A stretch of 44,427 nucleotides of DNA from Macrostomum lignano (Eukaryota): assembly GCA_002269645.1 (NCBI GenBank), contig NIVC01000533.1, positions 1 to 44,427 on the forward strand, written 5' to 3'. This document shows, piece by piece, positions 35,897 through 44,427 of this stretch. The notes under the pieces were generated by a model that worked only from the letters and a program-made list of their open reading frames with translations, was not told where the DNA came from and searched no databases. Both the position numbers and the translations under genes were made by a program. Each line of letters starts with the position of its first letter. Position 1 is the first letter of the stretch.

Positions 35897-38182
35897 TCAG
35901 GACAGCACGAAAGGCGCCGGCGCTTGCTGCAGCTGCTGACACGACGCGGCCCGCCTTACTCTAGCAGCCTGAATCACTGAAGCAGCCGGCTTTGCTGTTC
36001 CACCGCTGCTACTAGAAGCAGCCGCGGGTACAGCAACAGCCGATACCTGCTGCTGCTGCTGCTGCTGCTGGACCGAAGCCTGTTGCGGCCTGGCGGCCGA
36101 GCTGCCGGAGAATTCCCGGCCGAGGCCGAGGCAGGCGGCTCGATCGCGCGTCAGGCGGCCGGCCGGCTGCCCCATGCCGTGCGCAGTTACAAGACTGCGC
36201 AGTTCAAAGTAGTATCTGTTGGGGAGTAGTGAGATGATAGGCAGATTCCTACACAGATTTCTGGGGTAGACAGGTTAGAATTGTATAGGTAGACTTCTTA
36301 GTAGGGTAGATTCCTAGGGTAGGGTAGATTCCTAGGGTGGGGTAGATTCCTAGGGTAGGGTAGATTCCTAGGGTAGGGTAATTTCCTAGGGTAGGGTATA
36401 TCCTCTTTAGGGTAGATAGATTAGTTAGGGTAGATTCTTCGGTAGGGTAGATCCTTCGGTAGGGTAGATTCTTCGGTAGGGTAGATTCTTTGATAGGGTA
36501 GATTCTTTGGTAGGGTAGATTCTTTGATAGGGTAGATTCTTCGGTAGGGTAGATTCTTTGGTAGGGTAGATTCTTTGGTAGGGTTGATTCTTCGGTAGGG
36601 TAGATTCCTCGGTAGGGTAGATTCCTCGGTAGGACAGATTCCTCGGTAGGACAGATTCTTTGGTAGGACAGATTCTTTGGTAGGACAGATTCCTCGGTAG
36701 GGTAGACTCATAGGGTCAGATTTCTAGAGGCTCATTCTTAGGCAGGAAAATCACAAACGCAAAACAATGACCCAACCTTGCATAGACAGGCGCGGGCACA
36801 TTGATATTGAACTGTATCAGCTCCAGGTATTTCCGTTCCAGTTCGTTCATATCCTCCACTTTGGCGTCCTTGAGTATCTGGCAGTAATCAACGTTCCACA
36901 CTGCCTGATCGTCCCACACTTTGCTTGCCAGCAACACGGAGCCCAGCAGACAGCGGCGCCAGTTGCCGGGGTACAGGTCGATCTCCGCTGCAGCCAACAG
37001 GCGCTCCAGGTACACCAGGGAGACCACCGCGCATTCGGCAGTGAGCTGGGCGGCGCAGAACAGAGTGCGCACGAATCTGCATCCGCGAGGGATGAAGGGG
37101 GCGGTTGAAACAATTAAAACTCATTGATTACAACTAGTCATTGTGGAGCACAAGTAGTCACTCTGGAACACAACTAGTCACTCTGGAACACAACTAGTCA
37201 CTCTGGAACACAACTAGTCACTCTGGAGCACAACTAGTCACTCTGAAACATAACTAGTCACTCTGGAGCACAACTAGTCACTCTGGAGCACAACTAGTCA
37301 CTCTGGAACACAACTAGTCACTCTGGAACACAACTAGTCACTCTGGAACACAACTAGTCACTCTGGAACACAACTAGTCACTCTGGAACACAAATAGTCA
37401 CTCTGGAACACAACTAGTCACTCTGAAACACAACTAGTCACTCTGGAACACCCACCTGTACACAGCCCGATGGTCCGGCTCTCTGGCAGCCGCCTCAGCA
37501 GCTTCCGGGCCAGCCTGCAGCGGGTGCAAGACCTCGTCGAAGATCTCCAAATAGCGCCCTCGCTGCGGCCTGGCGGTCCGTCTGTGCCTGACGTGGAAGA
37601 ACACGGCCAGAGCGAGGCCGCGCACTGCGGGCTTCAGAGCCGGCTGCCACAGAGTTGAATCGTCTGTCACCAGATGCGAGGTTGAACTGGACGCCCGAGA
37701 AGACGCGGGGCGTCTGCTGAAGTTCCCGAACGTCGGGCGGCGCACAACTGGCGAAGGCCGCGCAGAAACAGCGGCCTGACCGCGGCGTTGGTGCTGGGAT
37801 CGCAGTTGTCCTCGGCCGGCTCGCGATCGTTGATGTGCTCAATGGCGACGCCCGGGGCTGCCGAGGACTGCTGGCCGGGAGGCGGCATCAGATTGGGAGG
37901 CTGCATTGTCATCATCAGGCTGTTGCTTGAGTCGTAGGGTCCGCCAGTAGGCGGCCATTTACCGTTGCCAAATAAAACTTGCTGCTGCTGCTGGTGATAA
38001 TGCTGCTGATGAAGCTGATGCTGCTGCTGATGCTGGCGCAGGTAATGCAGCTGCTGATGGTGCTGCAACTGCTGCTGATGCAGCGGAATCTGGGGATGAA
38101 GATAGCGATCGCACGGAGCCGCGGATTCCGGGGAATGGCGCCGTCCCGACCGCAGCTGACAGCAGGACAGGCTGTTGCCCAT
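35897..38182 (-). CDS. CCNY: Cyclin Y; three exons; one apparent 1-nt deletion in exon 1
   Basis: Exons 38182-37456, 37076-36777, 36215-35897 (both introns phase 2, GT-AG). Motifs: MGNSLSCC N-terminus, [82 protein letters not shown]. Confidence 0.95.
36255..36712. repeat. 14-18-nt minisatellite, core TAGGGTAGATTC, cyclin Y intron 2
   Basis: The unit changes from 14 nt on the left to 18 nt on the right. Confidence 0.9.
37132..37452. repeat. 20-nt minisatellite CAACTAGTCACTCTGGAACA, cyclin Y intron 1
   Basis: About 16 copies starting 4 nt after the donor. Confidence 0.95.
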
Positions 38183-38377
38183 TGTGAAATGGGGAACGGC
38201 TGGGTCGCGGTTGTCAAGGGTGACACGAGGAGGAGCGCGCCGGGATCACGGCGGCGCCTGACCTGGCGGCTGGGGGCAGCGGCGGCGGCTTCGGTGGCTG
38301 CGCATGCAATGCCGAATGAATTATGATTGTCGAGTCAACTAGCGAGATACCTCGAGAGTCCCGAGCGAGATCCCGAG

Positions 38378-38745
38378 AGTGGGATTTGAGTGAAGGGTGG
38401 GATTTAAGTGACGGGTGGGATTTGAGTGACGGGTGGGATTTGAGTGAAGGGTGGGATTTGAGTGAAGGGTGGGATTTGAGTGAGGGGTGGGATTTGAGTG
38501 ACGGATGGGATTTGAGTGAAGGGTGGGATTTGAGTGAGGGGTGGGATTTGAGTGACGGGTGGGATTTGAGTGACGGGTGGGATTTGAGTGACGGGTGGGA
38601 TTTGAGTGACGGATGGGATTTGAGTGAAGGGTGGGATTTGAGTGAAGGGTGGGATTTCAGTGTCGGGTTGGATTTGAGTGACGAGTGGGATTAGAGTGAA
38701 GGGTGGGATTTCAGTGTCGGGTTGGATTTAAGTGACGATTGGGAT
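38378..38745. repeat. 18-nt G-rich minisatellite GGGTGGGATTTGAGTGA(A/C)
   Basis: About 20 copies. Confidence 0.95.
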
Positions 38746-38769
38746 TCGAGTGACGCTCGGTATTGACAG

Positions 38770-39187
38770 AGTGCCGGGTGGGATTGATGGAGTGCCGGGT
38801 GGGTTTTATGGAGTGCCGGGTGGGATTGATGGAGTGACGGGTGGGATTGATGGAGTGCCGGGTGGGATTGATGGAGTGCCGGGTGGGATTGATGGAGTGC
38901 CGGGTGGGATTGATGGAGTGCCGGGTGGGATTGATGGAGTGACGGGTGGGATTGATGGAGTGACGGGTGGGATTGATGGAGTGCCGGGTGGGATTGATGG
39001 AGTGACGGGTGGGATTGATGGAGTGACGGGTGGGATTGATGGAGTGCCGGGTGGGATTGATGGAGTGACGGGTGGGATTGATGGAGTGACGGGTGGGATT
39101 GATGGAGTGCCGGGTGGGATTGATGGAGTGCTGGGTGGGATTGATGGAGTGACGGGTAGGATTGATGGAGTGACGGGTGGGATTGAT
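38770..39187. repeat. 21-nt G-rich minisatellite GGGTGGGATTGATGGAGTG(A/C)C
   Basis: About 20 copies. Confidence 0.95.
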
Positions 39188-39739
39188 GAAATGAAGCAAA
39201 TGAATAACATCTGTCACTATTCTTATTAAAAATGAATCTTGAGGTGAAACTGGGACAGCGCGAGAATTGGTAATTCAGAAATTTTCATTGATTCAGGACA
39301 CGTTAATTGCTGATCTACTTACTGTAGTGAGTAGTAAATATTGAATGAAAATAAAAATTGCCGCATGTATTTTGATAGTACGCAGATATGCAAAACTAGC
39401 ATACTGATTAACTAATATAGAAAGATTACCTGTTGTACGAGATGGCATAGAACACATAGAATTGTTTGAATACACAAACTTAGTATTTCAACTTTGAAAC
39501 CGGAATATATATATATTTAATGTTTTCAAATAAAAATCGAAATCTACAAAGAAAGCATCAAATGGGTGGCAAATCAATTATGAAATCGAAAGTGTCAGAA
39601 TCAACTCAACTTATTTGCGTTAAACAGATGATGATTCAAGAATATTTCTCTGCGAGAATGACAATGTCGTATAGTACAGCTCTTTTAGCCTTTTAGCTTT
39701 TTCCAATTAACTACCAAGGATATTAGCCAGGAGACGACT

Positions 39740-40490
39740 CAGTCACACCTGTCACCATTCTTAGACATTTGGTCACACCTGTCACCATTCTAAGACATTT
39801 GGTCACACCTGTCACCATTCTTAGACAGTTGATCACACCTGTCACCATTCTTAGACATTTGGTCACACCTGTCACCATTCTTAGACAGTTGATCACACCT
39901 GTCACCATTCTTAGACATTTGGTCACACCTGTCACCATTCTTAGACAGTTGATCACACCTGTCACCATTCTTAGACAGTTGATCACACCTGTCACCATTC
40001 TTAGACATTTGGTCACACCTGTCACCATTCTTAGACATTTGGTCACACCTGTCACCATTCTTAGACATTTGGTCACACCTGTCACCATTCTTAGACAGTT
40101 GATCACACCTGTCACCATTCTTAGACAGTTGATCACACCTGTCACCATTCTTAGACATTTGGTCACACCTGTCAAAATTCTTAGACAGTTGATCACACCT
40201 GTCACCATTCATAGACACTTGGTCACACCTGTCACCATTCTTAGACATTTGGTCACACCTGTCACCATTCTTAGACAGTTGATCACACCTGTCACCATTC
40301 TTAGACAGTTGATCACACCTGTCACCATTCTTAGACAGTTGATCACACCTGTCACCATTCTTAGACAGTTGATCACACCTGTCACCATTCTTAGACAGTT
40401 GATCACACCTGTAACTATCCTAGGACATTCAGTCACACCTGTCACTATCCCAAGGCAGTCAGTCACACCTGTCACTATCCCTGAGCAGTC
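39740..40490. repeat. 30-nt minisatellite GTCACACCTGTCACCATTCTTAGACATTTG, directly 3' of the USP8 stop codon
   Basis: About 25 copies, two interspersed variants. Confidence 0.95.
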
Positions 40491-40499
40491 AGACTGCTC

Positions 40500-43400
40500 T
40501 CACAGCGATGAAGACACTTGAAAAGTATTTGCCAGCCTGCTGTAGAACAGAATATAATTAGACACCGAACGAATCTCGCCGCTGCGCATCTCCGTAACCG
40601 TTTCGTCATCGAATTTAAACCAGCGATTCAAATTCGAGTTGCGACAGAACGCAGTGTAGTGGCCGCACTCCATGCTGCCGAAGTGGTTGGACACTCCGTA
40701 CAGATTGTAAACCAGAGAGTGCTTTGGCCTGGCCTCGGAGCTGTGATAGGCTGACATGTCCAAGTTGCTGATGGGATAGTCAACCAAGGTGTTGAGCTTT
40801 CTGCCGCGACTGCTCAACCGATCGCAGCTGAACCGCTTGAAATGGATTAGCAGATAGGGCGGCAGGCGCCAGATGTCGATCTTCTTCACGGCGCTCTGAT
40901 CGCGACGGCAGCGGGGGCAGAACCAGCGGCTGCTGCCTGACAGACGCTCCGGCTTTAGGAAGGCCTGGAGACAGTCCTGCAGATTTTGTGTATGAAGGGC
41001 GGGCATCTCTACTATAAGTAGAATAGGATTATTTAGATTGTTTAGTTAGCTGGCAGACGGGGGAGCAATAACTGAATGGTTGCGATTTTAATGTAGCCGC
41101 GCTGGGAATCGAACCCGGGGCTACTGTGCCTTCCCTACCCTTTAACTATTTGATTTGCAGGCTTGCAATTTACTTTTACTCAACATGAGCCCCTATCTTT
41201 TATAATTAGAGGCCTGAATCAACGCGGCCCAGCAGCAGGTCTTACGGATAGTCGGCAAGAAGTATCGCTGACCACAGGCAGGCTGAGGTACATAAACGCG
41301 TCAAATGTGATTGACTTGTAGTGGCACTGCTCGCATACCAGAGTTGACTTGAACTGGCCCTGCGAATGTTGAATAATGCTGAACATGTTAGTGAAGTGCA
41401 CTGACCCAATCCCCAATGCACTGACCCAATCCCCAATGCACTGACCCAATCTCAAATGCACTGACCCAATCCCCAATACACTGACCCAATCCCCAATGCA
41501 CTGACCCAATCTCAAATGCACTGACCCAATCCCCAATGCACTGACCCAATCCCCAATGCACTGACCCAAATCACTGATAAAAGCCTAACCCAACCCTTGC
41601 CAAATTGACCCTCGCAGATGAGCACACTCCCGCACTAACCTGAAACAGCTCCACCATAATGCTCTCGTTGATAAGGCAGTGCCTGGCCCAGGCCCGCTTC
41701 GCTCGCTCAACATCTGGCAGGCTCTCCTTGTCTTCCAGCTCCGGCGGAGGCCGCCGCCTACGCGCCCGATTCAAATCCTCGTGCAGGCCGTCAAGGAGGA
41801 ACAGCAGAAACTCCTGGGAATCCTGCTGCTCGTTGCCGGCGAAGGCCTCGGCGTGCCGGCCGATTGTGTGCTTGAAGTCGTACGGGCTGACGCAGGCGTA
41901 GCGCCCGGCCCACAGAGCCTGGACCACAACAGAGAACTGTTCTGCTACGTCGCCTTGGTGACCCAGAGGATTGGATTTGTTCACGTGTTCGCGGAATGTT
42001 CTGCGGAAGGGAATTAGGCGAATGCATTGCTAGGATACTATTTAACTATCACAAAATTTTGCTTATAAGCTCCTGCTCAAACACCTATCGCTCATACACT
42101 ACTGATCATACACTGTCTTCCTTATGCACTACTGCTCATACACCATCCTGCTCATACAGGGGGGCCGTAGCCCAGCGGTAGCGCAGCTGCTCTGGTGTGC
42201 CAGCGACCCAGGCTCGATTCCAAGTGCAGTCACATTAATTTGGGGCTGAATTGGAATCTCGGCTTGGCTCTGCTCGTGTAATTAACGGCCTTGAGAGCCA
42301 ACCCCCCAAGGCGCAGTGAAGTGTACATGCCTAACGATAATATAAAGTTAGGGCCGCTGTACACTCCTGTGTGAGTGTGTGCCTGCGTACGCGCGCTTGT
42401 ATGCCTGCTCAGGGGAGTCGGCGAATGGGCAGCAATGCCTCTCGCCGGTTGTGTGCCTATGTCGCTTAAAGTGCGCCAGGGTGCACACAACCCCCTGCCT
42501 CTAATAAAAAAATCCTGCTCATACATCTATCGCTCATACACTACTGTAAATACAGTCCTCCTTATGCACTACTGCTCATACACCATCCTGCTCATACATC
42601 TATCGCTCATACACTCCAGCTCATACACTACTACTCATACACTACTGCTCATACGCTATCGCTAATACACTACTGCTCATACACTCCTGCTCATAAACCT
42701 ATCACTCATACACTCCTGCTCATACATCTATCGCTCATACACTCCTGCTCATACACTACTACTCATACACTACTGCTCATACGCTATCGCTAATACACTA
42801 CTGCTCACACACTACTGCTCATACACTATTGTTCATACAAGTCTAGTTGGTCATACACTGTTGTTGAAAAATCGCAGCCCATATGGAACGAAATAAACAC
42901 AAAATGCAAAATGTCGATCTCACCCTTGCAAGAAATAAGAAGCCAGCACAGGCGTATTGCTGAGACATTGCACAGTGCTATTCAAATAGCAGGTATTGCC
43001 AAGATTTCGCAGACCGGTAAGGCCGTGCGGCACGCTGCCGTATTCCGGCGCCATTCGGTTGAGCGTGTGCGCGTCGAACGAGCTAAACGGGCGGACTACG
43101 GCGGCGACGGAGCTGCCGCCGCCATTGGCTACGCGAGGCGGAACCTGCGCCTGCGCCTGTTTAACAGAGGAGGATTCCGAAGAAACACCGGAACTGGGGC
43201 CCGGTGTTGGTGCCGGTGGTGCCGGGGTGGCGGAGGCCGCAGAGGCGGCAGAGGTGGCGGAGGCTTTATCGCTGTCCGGCTTGGAGCGCTGCTTAGCCAG
43301 GTTTGGCTGCGAGGCCACCCCTTCAGGCCGCTGGTGGAGGCGGGGCTGGCAGACGAGGAGGGACCGCAGCGAGGGCGGCGGCGGGGGCAACTTGGGAAGC

Positions 43401-43543
43401 CGCAGGAGCGGTGTTGGCTGGCGTCCGGATGGTGGAGCTATCGCTCTGAAGTCGGTGGACACAAACATTTGATGAAGATTAAGAAAGACAGACAGACAGA
43501 CAGACACAAAGACAAGCAGACGACAGACAGACTCAAAGACAAG

Positions 43544-43575
<32 letters not shown>

Positions 43576-44090
43576 ACAGACAGACAGACACAGAGACAGA
43601 CAGACAGACAGACAGACACACAGACAGACACTCACGGTTTCTCCGGTGTCGGTGCCGGAGCGGCGGCAGGCGGTCGGCAGGCGGCGCAGGAGTCGCAGGC
43701 TTGGGCGGCGGTCTCTCCAGCGAATCCAGCACATCGTCGGGCAGATCCCAGTACATCTTGCAGGTCTGCGTGTCAACATAGAAATAGCGGCCGTTCTCGT
43801 TGCCAACGTGCCAGCCGGGAGGCAGTCGCAGGCCGGGCTTCACCATCGCCTGCGATCCAGCAGCGGCACCGGCCATCGAGCTGCCCGCAGTCAAGGAGGC
43901 CGGAGCCTCCGACGATTTCTGCGCCTTCGTCGGCTTGTTGCTCCGATCAACCAGAGGACGGCCGTTGCTGGCCGACGCTTCCCCCGCTGGTGCCGCTGCC
44001 ACCGTGCCGCCGCTGGCGACTTCCCCGGAGGTGACCGCGGCAGTTGCCGATGCAGCAGCAGCAGCTGGAGCAGGCTGGGGCTTCAACGAA
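40500..44090 (-). CDS. USP8: Ubiquitin carboxyl-terminal hydrolase 8, C-terminal five exons; 5' part lies beyond window end
   Basis: Exons 44090-43636, 43437(or 43445)-42924, 42000-41640, 41359-41246, 40976-40500. Cys box [31 protein letters not shown], His box [21 protein letters not shown]. The USP8-type SH3-binding motif PLVDRSNKP and a WW domain precede the catalytic domain. Confidence 0.92.
41090..41130 (-). mobile_element. Possible SINE/tRNA-like fragment
   Basis: Isolated B box GGTTCGATTCCC on the minus strand (41104-41115). No convincing A box. Confidence 0.3.
41397..41570. repeat. 20-nt minisatellite GCACTGACCCAATCCCCAAT, USP8 intron
   Basis: About 8 copies. Confidence 0.95.
42075..42860. 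repeat. Degenerate ~14-nt minisatellite CTCATACACTACTG, USP8 intron, interrupted by SINE
   Basis: Copies lie on both sides of 42159-42511. Confidence 0.85.
42159..42511 (+). mobile_element. tRNA-derived SINE, apparently full length (353 bp)
   Basis: Pol III A box TAGCCCAGCGG, B box GGCTCGATTCC, AATAAAAAAA tail. 14-bp flanking direct repeat ATCCTGCTCATACA (42145-42158 and 42512-42525). Inserted in an intronic repeat array, antisense to USP8. Confidence 0.85.
43486..43630. repeat. (CAGA)n microsatellite, USP8 intron
   Basis: Starts 5 nt after the donor GTGAGT. Confidence 0.95.
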
Positions 44091-44214
44091 CTGAAGTTTA
44101 GGAAGGGCTTCAGCTATACACTGTGGTGTACATACTTTCAGCTGGTGGAGAGACTCAATTAAAGAGACTAAAAGAGACCCAATAAATGCATCTATTTAAC
44201 TTGTGTAGCTTCAT

Positions 44215-44427
44215 GGAGATGCAGGGAGGGAGGTGCAGGGAAAGATTTGCAGGGAGGGAAGATGCGGGGAGGGAGATTGAAGTGAAGGAGGCAGGCAGAT
44301 GCAGGGAGGAAATATGTAGGTAGGGAAGATTGCAGGGAGGAAAGATGCAGGTAGGGAAGATGCGGGGAGGGAGGAGCAAGGAAAGATTTTCAGGTAGGCA
44401 AATGCAGGGAGGCAAGACGTAGGTAGG
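44215..44427. repeat. Degenerate purine-rich repeat GCAGGGAGGGAAGAT, USP8 intron
   Basis: Low-complexity tandem copies running to the window end. Confidence 0.75.

Overview
Eukaryotic (animal) genomic DNA. The style (GC-rich exons, polyQ/polyA-rich proteins, introns filled by tandem repeats) resembles the flatworm Macrostomum lignano, but the taxon is an inference only. Every gene I can support is on the minus strand. From left to right: DEPDC5/Iml1 (10 exons seen, 3' end off the window), a 200-aa ORF resembling the NOL8 C-terminus, an unrecognised 172-aa two-exon repeat protein, a class A peptide-type GPCR, a 99-aa single-pass membrane ORF, cyclin Y, and the 3' part of USP8 (5' end off the window). 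About 40% of the window (rough sum of array spans) is tandem repeat. 18 of 19 inferred introns carry an array, usually with a unit private to that intron, and arrays also follow several stop codons. Mobile DNA includes a 186-bp solo LTR with 4-bp TSD, three hAT-type non-autonomous elements (two nested) and tRNA-derived SINEs. Four apparent 1-nt deletions break the DEPDC5 and cyclin Y reading frames and are most likely long-read errors. Most long ORFs in the supplied track are translations of repeats.
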